64,000 bases of DNA from Rhizaria sp. SCN 62-66 (Eukaryota). Where the stretch lies: contig MEDY01000003.1 of NCBI GenBank assembly GCA_001724265.1, positions 1 to 64,000 on the forward strand. Reading direction: 5' to 3'. The notes under the pieces are model-generated. The model was not told the DNA's origin. It did no database searches and was given only the letters and a program-made list of their open reading frames with translations. A program made the translations under genes and the position numbers. Position 1 is the first letter of the stretch, and the number at the start of each line of letters is the position of its first letter. Shown here piece after piece: positions 34,914-45,479 of the stretch.

Positions 34914-37900
34914 TTAATAATACCCACTTTGTTGCGCGTAGTAGCTCCCGTTTGAGGTTGAGATGACGCTGTGTCCAGATGCCGGCTGGAACTGCTGCTG
35001 TTGCTGCTGTGTCATCATCATCATGTGCTGCTGATGTTGCGCCTGCAACAAAGGGGACGGCAGCTGCGATGGCGAAGGATTCTGAGGCTGAGTGAGCGGA
35101 AACTGAAAGTAAGGACCTGCGAGCGGAGATGAAACAATAGGTGGCGTTGTTGCCATCGTTTGCATCGGCATGTGCATTGGTAACATCTGCAGCTGTGGAG
35201 GCTGAAGCGGAGCAACATGCATCATCGACGGAGTTCCAGGAGGCGCGTACTGCAACATTGGTGTGGTGACACGAGGCGTTGAGTGCCCACTAACAACCCC
35301 ACTTTGCATTCCCATCGGCGAGTTCGGCATGACACCAACACCAAGGCCACTGAACCCACCATACTGTTGTTGTTGTTGTTGCTGAATCTGCTGCATTTGC
35401 TGTTGCTGCTGCTGGATCATCAACATCATCTGCTGCTGTTGCTGCTGCAGCTGTAGTTGCAGCTGTTGTTGTTGCTGCTGCTGTTGGAATTGCTGCTGTT
35501 GCATCTGCTGCTGTTGAACTTGATGCTGTTGCATCGGGTTAATGCTTGTACCCGTGTTGACCGTGGGTGTCGACATGCGCAAGAGCGCATCTTGCTCACT
35601 CTGCAGCCGCCGCGCTTGATCCAACAGTTCTATCATCATGGCGTCCGTGTTGTCAATCTCGCGCTGGATGTCGTCCGGGTGCGTGTTGCCCGCGGCGCTG
35701 AGACCGCCCACACCGAGAGACCCCATCGAGGGGTGGCGCCCCCCTGCGGTGAGGCTCGGCATCAGCGTGTAGCTCGCAGAGTGGGGCGAGTACAGTCCCC
35801 CGACCAGTCCGCTTCCTATCGTACCCGCGACCACGTTCGTGTTGTACAGTCGCGCGCTGTTGTTGTGCGCGAGAGTGGACCCATCGATCTGCGTCGACAG
35901 GGCGCCGTATGGCCCCAGACCAGCATTCGAAGAGACTATGGAGGGAGCACCTGCTGTCGGGGACATAACGACCGGGTATTGATATGGCCGCAAAGCTGAG
36001 TCGGCAAAGCTCACGCTACCGCCGCGACCGCTGCCGCCACCGACGTTGCCATTATGCAGCGTATTGAGAGTCAGACTAAGCGGGTGCTGCTGAGCAGCCT
36101 GTTGTTGCTGCGGCGGCGGGTTCCCAGAAGCCTGTTGTTGCTGCTGCTGAGGCAGAGGTTGTTGCTGTAGGGTCTGATGCTGTTGCGCCTGCTGCTGTTG
36201 CGTCTGTTGCTTCTGCGGTGGTTGCTGCCGCGGCGCTTGCTCTTGCACAGGAGACTGTTTATGAGCATGAAGTGCCTGAGCCAGCGCAGCGGCAAGCGCA
36301 TTATAGTCGATGCCGTCTTGACCCGCGCCTGCCACAGTCACGCGCGCAGTCGTTACCGCTGCCGCTGCCGCCGCCACAGCTTCACTGCCCAGATTAGACG
36401 CATCAGGGTTCGCAACAGCACCAGCGGCACGCTGGCGGCTCGCGTTAAGCGCAGCAGTAAGTGTGGCAACAATTGCGTTCGCTGCTGGAATGCGCTGCGA
36501 AGATACAATACTCTTGACATTCGACGAGCGCGTAGTGCTCTGCACCGTCGGCGCGCGACGCCGCGTCCCCGCCCCAGCAGCAGCGGCGCCCGCGGTCTGG
36601 TTGCGGCTTGCAGGCCCGCCCTGTAGCCGCGTGGGCGGTCGCGTAGGGTTCACGTCCGACTCGGTGGCCGAGGCCGTGACCGGGGGCAGCCCGGCGTCGT
36701 CATCCTGCGGCAGCTGCTGACGCGGAACGCGGGGCTGGATGTACGTCTTGTACTCGCTCCCCACGGTGCCAGAGGCGAGCGCGGACGTCGCTTTGCCAGA
36801 GCCAGGACTGTCCTCCTTAGAGCCCGCATTGCCCGCAGCAGTTGCGGGCGCAGGGTGCGTGGGCGGTAGCTTGCTCACATCTCGCCACTCTGGCACGCTC
36901 GCGGCCGTGGCGCTCACGGGCAGGGCAACGACAGGGCTTGAGACAGTATTCGCCTTCGGTAGTTGTTGTTCTTGCTCTAGCTGCGGTCGAAGTGCGGGGC
37001 CGCTGATGGGGACGGAGAGATCTTCCATCGACGATTGCGGCATACTCGAGGCAGTCGCGTTGGTCGCCGCGCTTGACGGGTGGCCTGAAAGCCCTGCACT
37101 GCCGGGAAGAAGCGCAGCAACAGAGTTTGTCGCTCCCAGTGTTGTGTGTGCGGACGATGCAGGCATGAACCGCGCGTCACTGAACGAGGGGTGCGCCGTT
37201 GTGATGGCGGGAGCAAACGCGTCGAGCCCAGCGCTAGCGATCGCCGCAGTGACCATAAGCGACGAGGTCTTGGCGTCACCACGGCCGGCAGTCAAGCCGG
37301 CATGCGAGTTCGTGGGCATAGTCGCAAGGGAGCCGGGTTGCAGTGGTTGTGACTGCGCGGGCGCCATTGCATTCAACATTGCAACGAGCGAAGCCAATTC
37401 CTGCTGCGATAACGCGGGCGTTTGCTGTTGCTGTAGCTGCGGCCCGTGCTGGATGAGACCACTCGCGGGGACTGCGGGCGGCGCGCGCGCAGCGCCAGTG
37501 CGGTCCGCGGGACTGCGGTTCCCGCTCGGCCCGACGTGATCCGGGCTCGACACCTGGGCGCCGCGCGGCTGCGTGGGCTGCTGCAGCTGGTTTGGCGAAA
37601 TGGATCCGCGCACCGGTGCGTTCGCCCCCCCGGTAGCCGCCACGGCGTTGTCGCGGGAGGAGTTGACAAGCACGCCGCCGACGCTGTGCCGCTGTGCCTG
37701 CGTCGGCGGCTGCGGGGTGAGCGTGAACGGTGCTGAGAACGCGGACGACGCGATGAGCGGAGCAGACTGGCCGTACGTTGCACTGTCACGGTCACCCATG
37801 CCGCCGAGATTGGTAGACGGGGTCGTGGCACTAGGGGCGGGAGGGCCGAGACCGAAGCCGAGACTTGCAAGGCTCTCAGGAGCGATGTCACCCCCGCTCG

Positions 37901-40900
37901 CAGCTACGAGCGCGGCCGCCGCAGCAATTGCGTTGGCGTCGTTCGCCGCCGAGTTCCCACCACCGTTGCTATTGGTAACAATGAGATTGTACACAATCTG
38001 TTGCAACGTCGCGTGTTCTTGTAGCTGCTGAAGAATACGCATCAACTCTTCTTGCTGCTGCTCCGCCACGGGGTCACTGTCGCCGTTGCCGCCTCCGAAG
38101 GTGCCATCAAGCAGCTGGAGTGCATTGAACGGCGCCTGGCCCTGCTGAGCTTGCTGAAGCGGCTGCTGCTGCTGCGGCATCGCATGTGGATTGTTGTATG
38201 CGCCGCCAATGCCAGAGGGAGACCCCACGCCGGAGTCAGCGTCAAACTCGAGCTGAGCGACGCGCGACCTCGGCGACGGCTGCCACGTGAGACCGGAGTA
38301 CGTAAGTTTACCCGTTTCCACATTGGGCGCCACCTTACGCCCGCGAGTGCTAGCAGCAGCGGAAACACCACCATTCTTTCCGTTCGCTGCGTTTGTGTTC
38401 GTGTTGTTTCCATTGGAGCCGGCGCGGAAATAAGCACCAGTAGGCGACGGTTTGGAGCTAAACGGCGACGCTGCGCCTACGTTAGGGCCCGACGCGAACC
38501 CGCCGTTGCTGTTACTCGCCTGAGGCCAGCCAAAAGCGTTGCTGCGCTTGCCAGGGGGGCTGCTGGCCCGTGCAGCGGAGTCGGCCGTCGGGTTGGCGCC
38601 GGCGACGGGGGCCGTGGAGACAGGGCTCGGATTGTTGGCGACTAGCCCAGCGTCGGCGCTGTTAGAGCTGTTGACAAATGCAGCAGCACTCGCGTTTGCG
38701 TTGGCCTTACTGAGATTGTTGTTGCTCGTCTTGAGGTTGCTGATGTTTCCATTTTCGTTCGTCTTGTTGTTGTTGCCACCATTGTTGTTGAGGCTCGTCC
38801 CGGGAGGATTGGTATGGTCGTCCTTGCTAGTTGCATTATTCTGAAGTGGATTGTTATTATCGTTAGCATTGACGTTACCCTTGCTACTGACAGCCGCGTT
38901 GGCGTTTCCAGCGACGTTCGCCACGCTACCCGCAAAAGGAACAGTATTGTTGTTACCACCAGCAATATTGACAGCACTGCTGTTCTTCGCAGGGTTCTTC
39001 ATGCTATCGACCCCATCAGCAACAGCGTTGTCGCCAGTGCCCACCGGGGCCGAGCCATCAGCAGCACGTGTTCCAGCAAGCGGCGGTTGCTTCAGACTCG
39101 ACTGCTGGCCAGCGAAAGCCACAACACCAGTTCCAGTATTACCGCCCATTGCTCCAGGCAAAGACGTTGCAGGCGCTGCGGCGGACGCTGGGCCGTTGCC
39201 ACCCAGCTTCTGCTGCTGCATCTGCTGTTGCTGCTGCTGCAGGATCAGTTGCTGCGAGTGGAACAGCGACGGGGCGAACATGTTGCGCGACCCTGGCTTA
39301 CTTCCGCCGCCACCACCAAGCCTGCTGTTGGCATTCCCGCCAGAGCCGGGGGCGGCGCCGCCAGCGGCAGCTCCGGCCAGGGCAGGGAGGCCGGCGCCCG
39401 CCTTCACGCTGCCAGTGCCGTTGACCGAGGCAGCGTTGACCAATGCGAATTGACTGATGTTCACGAGATACCCCTGCGCTCCGAGAGTGCCATCATTGAC
39501 GACGCGGCCGTAGAGGTCGAAATAAGGATTGCAGCCATCAAAGACGATGAGGCGCGACGCCCACGCAGCTAAGAGTCCGGCAACAGTTCTCGGAGAGACG
39601 CCGTTGATGTAGTACAGTGGAGACTTATGCGACGATGACGGCAAGACAACGCTCTTAGAGTCATTGTTCTTTCTGTGACTCTGGGTACCCTTGTCTTTGT
39701 GACCACGGCTGGTCTTGTTCGCATTGCTATCCACACTCAGGGCCGCGGTACCGCTGTTTCCACTCGTCACTACGTCTGCTGCGAAGGACCGCGCCCCGAC
39801 GAGCGTGCGCTGCACGATGGTCGACACGGCGGACCGCTTGCCGGGGGAGACGAACGTGACCACTGTGCGCGGCAGGAGCTTGAGCTGCGCCGTCTCGGAC
39901 TCGGTCGCCGCGGTCGCGGAGACACCCGCCAGCGCGGTCTGCGCCTTGGCCGCCGCGAGGGGCGTCCACTGTGAGTCGAAACCGTGCTGTCTAAGGCCAT
40001 GCAGCGCGACGTTCTGGCTGTAGCGGCCCGCCGCGAGCGCCATGATGACCGAGGCGGCCTCGGCGGGCGACATGTGGGGCGAGTCGTGCAGCGCAGTGGC
40101 GACGAGGTTCAGAGGAGGGTCCACCAGACGCCAGCCGGTGCGCAGGCAGTGAGCGGGGCTAGTCAAGGCAGCGCCGAACGCGGGCGACGCGAGAGGACGG
40201 CGCTGGCCGGACTGGGTCGTCACACAACACTGTCCGTGCTGCTGCTGCTGCTGTCCAGCTGGGACAGTGAAGTAGTGGTTCACCTGCGCGAAACGGGTCG
40301 GCATCGTGCCCACGCCAGTCGCGTGGGCAATATGCCGAGAAAGGACTGCCATGCTCATGATGCTGCCGAAGTGAGGCGCGCTGAGTGACATAGCTCCAGC
40401 GACACCACTACTAGCAGCTGCAGCCGCTGTCACTGCTTGAAGATGAGCACGGAAGCTGCCGGAGCTGCCACCTAGCCCCAGTGTCGTGACACTTAAGGGC
40501 GGGTTTTGCCCAGACCCCAGACTCTGCTGATTGTGCTGCTGCTGCTGCTGCTGCATGATGTACTGCGCGAGATACTGGTGCTGCTGCTGCTGCTGCAGGA
40601 AGGCCGGGTAGCTGGGAGACTCAAGCACGCCCGTCGCCGACACGGGCAGGATGGGGATGGGACGGCCACCGGGCCACGCGCGCGTGAAGCCGTGGCGCAG
40701 CGCCGCGAAGTACGCGCCCAGGCGCACGCGCGAGAGCGCCACGGGGAGCGTCATCGTGCGGGCACTCAGAGGGGAAACTGCGCGGGGGTTGGAATTAACA
40801 ATGGAAGGATCACCCGCGTCAGGACTGCTATGCACATTGTGGTTGCTCGTGTTTGTGCTGCTCGTCGCCGATTCCGCGTCAACACCAGTGCTGTGGCTGA

Positions 40901-43900
40901 AGATAAGGTTCAGCTGGTCCAGAGACGTTAAGGATGACGCAACGTAGGACTGTAGGCATCGCGCAAAGGGCAGCGGGGCGGGGTAGCTGAATCTATCCGT
41001 CCAGGGCAGCATCTGAGTGGCATTCGCCGCGAGGGCAAACCGGGGCATCTCACGCGCGTTGGCAGCGCCTTGGGCCTTCGGGTGAGCGGGGAACAGCTGG
41101 ATTGCTGGTGACTCGAGCACAGGTGACCCGTCAGGCGAGATTTGTGTTGCATATGCACCGATATAAGAGGGATGGTTACTGCTAGAGCTCACACGGCCGC
41201 TAGCGCCCGGAACACTGTTGTTGTTGCTGTAATTGTTGTTGTTGTTGGCATGCACACCAGCGGCTGTCGCACTCTCACCTGCGCCGGGCGCCGTTATCAC
41301 AGCCGCGCCGCCGCCAGCGCTGCTGCTTGCACTGCCACGGGCGCTTCCAGAGTTCTGACTCGCAAGCCCATACTGCTGGTGCTGTAGGTTGGCAAACCCT
41401 GCGGCCGCTTCCGTGACCAGCGCGTCCACAGGCGTCGCCGTGCGCGTGACCGACAGCCACGCGCGCGCGCTCGTCGCGCCGCAGAGGGCCGGGCAGCCGC
41501 AGGGGCGCGTGGCCGGGCAGCGGGGCAGCGGGGCGTTGGCAGTCAGCGCGCGGGGCAGAGTCGGCTTGATTGGACTCATCTCGATCTCGACGCCTTTGTT
41601 GGGGACGCCCTCCGCGCTTGCTCCGGCTGCCGACAACAGGTTCGCCTTGGGCTGATGCTGCGACAGATAAGCGTGGTTGTCTTTGCTATGATCTATTGCT
41701 CCACAATAACACAGACTATAATTCGAGTTAAGAAAGTCACGGGACTCTTCGCAACACGGCTGCGTATTGAGTCCAGCTGCATGAATGTTCTCAGCAGCTG
41801 CAGTGGCCGTGACTACTGAGAACGGCAGCAGCGGCTCGCTATGATGGCACGGCGTCGCTGCTACAGCAGCCCCGGCACGAGAGCAGAAACCGTCCAGCCC
41901 GGCCAGCTCTGTGCGACACACGCGGCTTAGCTTCCGTAGCATGCGCGCGGTGACGCCTGGGACCTGCATCGCAGCGGGCGTGGTGATGCCCTTGCGCAGC
42001 ATTTCGTCCTCGACAACAGTGCCCCTCGCGTTCGGACCGGAGGCCGCACCGCCGGACGCGCACGCGTCGCTGTCGCCGCAGTGGCACGTGAAGAGCTCCG
42101 CGCTGAACACCATCACGACGTAGTTGCACTTCTTGGCCATCCGCGTCATCGACACGGCGGGGTGCGCGAACGTGTGCACGGGCGACACGCGCGGGCAGCA
42201 CGCAGGCTCGCGCGGCTGCTGGCCGTGCGCGGCCGCGAACTGCCGCGCCACGGGGTCGGCGAGACGCACCGGGACGCCTGCGACCGTCGCCGCGGCGGCG
42301 ACGGCGGCGCACGTGCACGCGCTGTTGGCCGCGCTGCGGAGCGACGCCCCACAGCCGCAGGTGCTGAGGCCCGTCGAGCGCAGCTGCAACGGCGAGTCTG
42401 ACGGCGACAGCATGTCTTGCGGCCGCTGGATCTGCAACTGTAGCTCTGATGCCTGCGGCAGCGACGGCTGGAACACTGCCACGGACACCGGCTGCGCAAC
42501 GTGCGTGTACGCGTCCGGGTCCCGGATCGGCGTCGGAGGCAGGGCGATGAGAATGCTGTGCGTCACCAGCGGCTGGCGCAGAGTGACGCGCCTCTTGAAG
42601 CGCGCCTTCTTCGCAGTTGCAGGCGCAGTCGCAGATACGGAGACAGCAGGGTTGGCGGTCGAGGTCGGGAAGAGCCCTTCGCCGTCTGACTTTGTTTTGT
42701 TCGCGCTCGTGTCAACGTTGGAGACACAACTGTCACCGCTATCGTCTTCATCTTCGTCTTCGTCGAAGACATACTCTTCGTCCTCATCGTTGTCATTATC
42801 ATTATCATCGTCACAGACGTCGTCGCCGTCAGCAGCGTCACTGCTGTTCTTGCTGGCGGTAGTGCCCGCCGTAGCGCCATCGCTGTCCGTGAGGGAGCGG
42901 CGCTGCCCCGCCTTGGCCTCGCCACTGAAGGCGCCCACCATTGCGTTTCTGCTGCCGTGCGTAGTGGCGTCTGGAAAGACCGACGCGGCATCCGCGCTCT
43001 TGAGCGCGTCGCCGCTGTCAGGGCTGTTTCTATTGTTGCTTCTGTTTGCGTTTCCGTTTCTGTTGCTGTTATTGTTATTGTTTGCGTTCTCGTTTTTCAC
43101 CTCGGCCACGTTGCGCTCGATGGTGAGATCCAGCAGGTTCTTCGGGGTCTCGTACATCGCGCGCGCGATCGCAGTCAGCCGCGGCCACAGCGCCGTGTTG
43201 TGCTCGCTCATGACCGGCTCCAGTACGCGTCCCGCCGCGAGGAGCAGCGTGCGCGACGCAGCGGAGTCGCCGACGCTGTGCGCAATGTACTCCCCGTCGA
43301 ACTCGGCGCTCGCACTGGGAGCGTCACCGGCCCCGTCCGCTGCGCCATCGCTGTCGTTGCCCTTCTGGCTGTTGTTAGCGCTACCGGTCGGTGGCTTGGG
43401 GGGCGGCACACGCGGGACAAGGCCGCTCATCGCGATCGAGTCGATAACGCAGTCGTTGCCGACGTCGTAAGTCACCGTGCGCAGCGGAATGCCGTAGCTG
43501 CGGCACTGCACCCGCTGCGGCACGTCCGGCGGCAACCGCTGCGGCAGATGATGTGGGTGCCCGGCGAGCGCTTGCGGGCGCGGACCCGCGGAATCCGACG
43601 CCCGCGCCCGCGCCTGCAGCAGAGTCGCGCGGAGGTCTTCGGCACTGCTCACCGTGGCCGCCGCCACAGTCCCGCCCGTCTGCGTCACCCCGGGCCGCGT
43701 CTGCGCCTGCGTATGTGTCTGTGGTGCCGACTGCGACTGTGACAGCGCGTGGGCGCGGACTTGCTGCGTGAGCGTGGGCAGCGCCCAGTTGTGCGCTAGG
43801 ACGCCCGCGCGCACGGCGGCCGCCACGGAAGCGGAGCCGCGCCAGAAGAGGTAGCGCACCAGCGTGTGGGGCCCCAGCTCTGGCCACGCGCTACCGATCG

Positions 43901-45479
43901 GCGCGAACATGCCCGACAGGGGGACGCTCAGGCTCGCGCCGCCGCCGCCACCGCCGCCGCCAGAGCTCGAGCCAGATGCCGTCGCCGCCGCCGCGTCGGT
44001 GGCAGTGACAGGGTTCACTGCGTCGGCGTTGTTGTTGGCGCCACTGCCACTGTTGCTGTTGTTGTTGTTGTTGCTGTTGTTCGCGGCTGCGGGGGGCGCA
44101 ACGAAGCGGATGAGCCCGCTGGGACTGACGCGCGCGCCGCCGCCCGCGGTCTGCGCGAGCGCAAACGACTGCGACATGGCTGACGACAGCAGCAGGTGCT
44201 GCGCCTGGCCCGACGTCGCCGCCGTCGCGCCCACGTCCGTGGTGAAGCCGTTGAGCAGCGGGACCAAGAACATGACTTTGCAGGCGTAGAGCGTCAGCGC
44301 GGCAATGCGCAGCGCGGCGTTGGACGGCGCACTGTGCGCGCGGAAAGGCGGGACCGAAACCGGCCACTGCAGCGGCAGCGCGGCCAGCATCCGGATGATC
44401 GGGGAGCCTGCGGCGCAGAACCGCAGTGGGGACACAAGCGACGCGGATGCGGACGCCGTGGCGGCGGCTGCGGCGGCAGCGGCGGCGGCTGCGGTCGCCG
44501 AGGCTGCAGGAGCGGGCGCGTTGACATGCGAGAGCGACGTTGGGGAGCCGAGGCTGTCGCCTGAGCTGCCCGCGGCACTCGGCGTGGTGTTGCCGTGGAA
44601 AACACCGGAGGTGTTGTTGCTGTCTGGCTGGGAGCCTACGCCGCTTGCGTTCTGAGCGTTTGCGGCGACAGCCGCGGCGTTTGCGGCCGTGGCCGCCGTG
44701 GCTGCCGCGGCCGCGGCCGCGGCCGCGGCCGCCGCCGCGACAGTGCTGACCGAGCCCACGACCCCGGGCATGGAGGCGACGGGCACTGCCGCGCCGTCCC
44801 CTTTACCTCTGCCGCCTCCGCCGCTGGTGACGGCACCGGCGGCGTCACTTCTCCCGCCTCTGCCGGCGGCGGCGCCCTGGGTAGCCGGGGCGGCGGCGGC
44901 GCCGGGGGCGGGCGCGCCGGGCCGCGGCTCGTCGATGAGCGCAGCGACGACGTCCGAGGTCTCGATGACGGTGCTGAAGGTCGAGTGCACGGCCTTGACC
45001 TTTGCGCCGAGGTTGTCTGGGTGGCGCGTCAGCGCACGCGCGAGCACTTCAGTAGTGTGGCGGTACCGCGATCGGGACGATATGTTCTGCAAGTTCTTGA
45101 GAGCGAAATTGTCGTAGACCTGCGACATGACGGACAGCGCCGTCTTAAGTACGCCATGCAGCGTGAGCGCGATCGAGTAGGCAATAAAGGAGCGTGCGTC
45201 GGCGTCGGGCAGCAGCGAGTTGTCTGCATGGGGGACGTCGAGCCAGTAGAGCATCACCGTGTACTCGGGGTTCGTGTACGCAAGCATGCGGTACCCGTGC
45301 GCCGACAGCGCCGTCTCCTTGAGCGTCGGCGCGGCCGAGAGCTCGAGCAGCGCTGACACGGCCGCGGCAAGGCGCTCGAGGCGCAGCGGGTAGGGGTGCA
45401 CGTGTTGGGGCACGGCACGCAGCAGCGGGGCGCCCGACTTGGTGAACGCGAAGCACTCCAGGTGCGGCCGCAGGGTCAT
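34914..45479 (-). CDS. Hypothetical 3521-aa protein; possible N-terminal longin-like domain, Cys-rich middle, Gln/Met-rich C-terminus
   Basis: Single uninterrupted 10.5-kb ORF from ATG to TAA with coding-like GC content. N-terminus ECFAFTKSGAPLLR...LAAAVSALL loosely resembles the first longin domain of Fuzzy/Mon1-type proteins. Confidence 0.75.
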   Translation of the reverse strand: MTLRPHLECFAFTKSGAPLLRAVPQHVHPYPLRLERLAAAVSALLELSAAPTLKETALSAHGYRMLAYTNPEYTVMLYWLDVPHADNSLLPDADARSFIAYSIALTLHGVLKTALSVMSQVYDNFALKNLQNISSRSRYRHTTEVLARALTRHPDNLGAKVKAVHSTFSTVIETSDVVAALIDEPRPGAPAPGAAAAPATQGAAAGRGGRSDAAGAVTSGGGGRGKGDGAAVPVASMPGVVGSVSTVAAAAAAAAAAAAATAATAANAAAVAANAQNASGVGSQPDSNNTSGVFHGNTTPSAAGSSGDSLGSPTSLSHVNAPAPAASATAAAAAAAAAAATASASASLVSPLRFCAAGSPIIRMLAALPLQWPVSVPPFRAHSAPSNAALRIAALTLYACKVMFLVPLLNGFTTDVGATAATSGQAQHLLLSSAMSQSFALAQTAGGGARVSPSGLIRFVAPPAAANNSNNNNNSNSGSGANNNADAVNPVTATDAAAATASGSSSGGGGGGGGASLSVPLSGMFAPIGSAWPELGPHTLVRYLFWRGSASVAAAVRAGVLAHNWALPTLTQQVRAHALSQSQSAPQTHTQAQTRPGVTQTGGTVAAATVSSAEDLRATLLQARARASDSAGPRPQALAGHPHHLPQRLPPDVPQRVQCRSYGIPLRTVTYDVGNDCVIDSIAMSGLVPRVPPPKPPTGSANNSQKGNDSDGAADGAGDAPSASAEFDGEYIAHSVGDSAASRTLLLAAGRVLEPVMSEHNTALWPRLTAIARAMYETPKNLLDLTIERNVAEVKNENANNNNNSNRNGNANRSNNRNSPDSGDALKSADAASVFPDATTHGSRNAMVGAFSGEAKAGQRRSLTDSDGATAGTTASKNSSDAADGDDVCDDDNDNDNDEDEEYVFDEDEDEDDSGDSCVSNVDTSANKTKSDGEGLFPTSTANPAVSVSATAPATAKKARFKRRVTLRQPLVTHSILIALPPTPIRDPDAYTHVAQPVSVAVFQPSLPQASELQLQIQRPQDMLSPSDSPLQLRSTGLSTCGCGASLRSAANSACTCAAVAAAATVAGVPVRLADPVARQFAAAHGQQPREPACCPRVSPVHTFAHPAVSMTRMAKKCNYVVMVFSAELFTCHCGDSDACASGGAASGPNARGTVVEDEMLRKGITTPAAMQVPGVTARMLRKLSRVCRTELAGLDGFCSRAGAAVAATPCHHSEPLLPFSVVTATAAAENIHAAGLNTQPCCEESRDFLNSNYSLCYCGAIDHSKDNHAYLSQHQPKANLLSAAGASAEGVPNKGVEIEMSPIKPTLPRALTANAPLPRCPATRPCGCPALCGATSARAWLSVTRTATPVDALVTEAAAGFANLQHQQYGLASQNSGSARGSASSSAGGGAAVITAPGAGESATAAGVHANNNNNYSNNNSVPGASGRVSSSSNHPSYIGAYATQISPDGSPVLESPAIQLFPAHPKAQGAANAREMPRFALAANATQMLPWTDRFSYPAPLPFARCLQSYVASSLTSLDQLNLIFSHSTGVDAESATSSTNTSNHNVHSSPDAGDPSIVNSNPRAVSPLSARTMTLPVALSRVRLGAYFAALRHGFTRAWPGGRPIPILPVSATGVLESPSYPAFLQQQQQHQYLAQYIMQQQQQQHNQQSLGSGQNPPLSVTTLGLGGSSGSFRAHLQAVTAAAAASSGVAGAMSLSAPHFGSIMSMAVLSRHIAHATGVGTMPTRFAQVNHYFTVPAGQQQQQHGQCCVTTQSGQRRPLASPAFGAALTSPAHCLRTGWRLVDPPLNLVATALHDSPHMSPAEAASVIMALAAGRYSQNVALHGLRQHGFDSQWTPLAAAKAQTALAGVSATAATESETAQLKLLPRTVVTFVSPGKRSAVSTIVQRTLVGARSFAADVVTSGNSGTAALSVDSNANKTSRGHKDKGTQSHRKNNDSKSVVLPSSSHKSPLYYINGVSPRTVAGLLAAWASRLIVFDGCNPYFDLYGRVVNDGTLGAQGYLVNISQFALVNAASVNGTGSVKAGAGLPALAGAAAGGAAPGSGGNANSRLGGGGGSKPGSRNMFAPSLFHSQQLILQQQQQQMQQQKLGGNGPASAAAPATSLPGAMGGNTGTGVVAFAGQQSSLKQPPLAGTRAADGSAPVGTGDNAVADGVDSMKNPAKNSSAVNIAGGNNNTVPFAGSVANVAGNANAAVSSKGNVNANDNNNPLQNNATSKDDHTNPPGTSLNNNGGNNNKTNENGNISNLKTSNNNLSKANANASAAAFVNSSNSADAGLVANNPSPVSTAPVAGANPTADSAARASSPPGKRSNAFGWPQASNSNGGFASGPNVGAASPFSSKPSPTGAYFRAGSNGNNTNTNAANGKNGGVSAAASTRGRKVAPNVETGKLTYSGLTWQPSPRSRVAQLEFDADSGVGSPSGIGGAYNNPHAMPQQQQPLQQAQQGQAPFNALQLLDGTFGGGNGDSDPVAEQQQEELMRILQQLQEHATLQQIVYNLIVTNSNGGGNSAANDANAIAAAAALVAASGGDIAPESLASLGFGLGPPAPSATTPSTNLGGMGDRDSATYGQSAPLIASSAFSAPFTLTPQPPTQAQRHSVGGVLVNSSRDNAVAATGGANAPVRGSISPNQLQQPTQPRGAQVSSPDHVGPSGNRSPADRTGAARAPPAVPASGLIQHGPQLQQQQTPALSQQELASLVAMLNAMAPAQSQPLQPGSLATMPTNSHAGLTAGRGDAKTSSLMVTAAIASAGLDAFAPAITTAHPSFSDARFMPASSAHTTLGATNSVAALLPGSAGLSGHPSSAATNATASSMPQSSMEDLSVPISGPALRPQLEQEQQLPKANTVSSPVVALPVSATAASVPEWRDVSKLPPTHPAPATAAGNAGSKEDSPGSGKATSALASGTVGSEYKTYIQPRVPRQQLPQDDDAGLPPVTASATESDVNPTRPPTRLQGGPASRNQTAGAAAAGAGTRRRAPTVQSTTRSSNVKSIVSSQRIPAANAIVATLTAALNASRQRAAGAVANPDASNLGSEAVAAAAAAVTTARVTVAGAGQDGIDYNALAAALAQALHAHKQSPVQEQAPRQQPPQKQQTQQQQAQQHQTLQQQPLPQQQQQQASGNPPPQQQQAAQQHPLSLTLNTLHNGNVGGGSGRGGSVSFADSALRPYQYPVVMSPTAGAPSIVSSNAGLGPYGALSTQIDGSTLAHNNSARLYNTNVVAGTIGSGLVGGLYSPHSASYTLMPSLTAGGRHPSMGSLGVGGLSAAGNTHPDDIQREIDNTDAMMIELLDQARRLQSEQDALLRMSTPTVNTGTSINPMQQHQVQQQQMQQQQFQQQQQQQQLQLQLQQQQQQMMLMIQQQQQQMQQIQQQQQQQYGGFSGLGVGVMPNSPMGMQSGVVSGHSTPRVTTPMLQYAPPGTPSMMHVAPLQPPQLQMLPMHMPMQTMATTPPIVSSPLAGPYFQFPLTQPQNPSPSQLPSPLLQAQHQQHMMMMTQQQQQQFQPASGHSVISTSNGSYYAQQSGYY

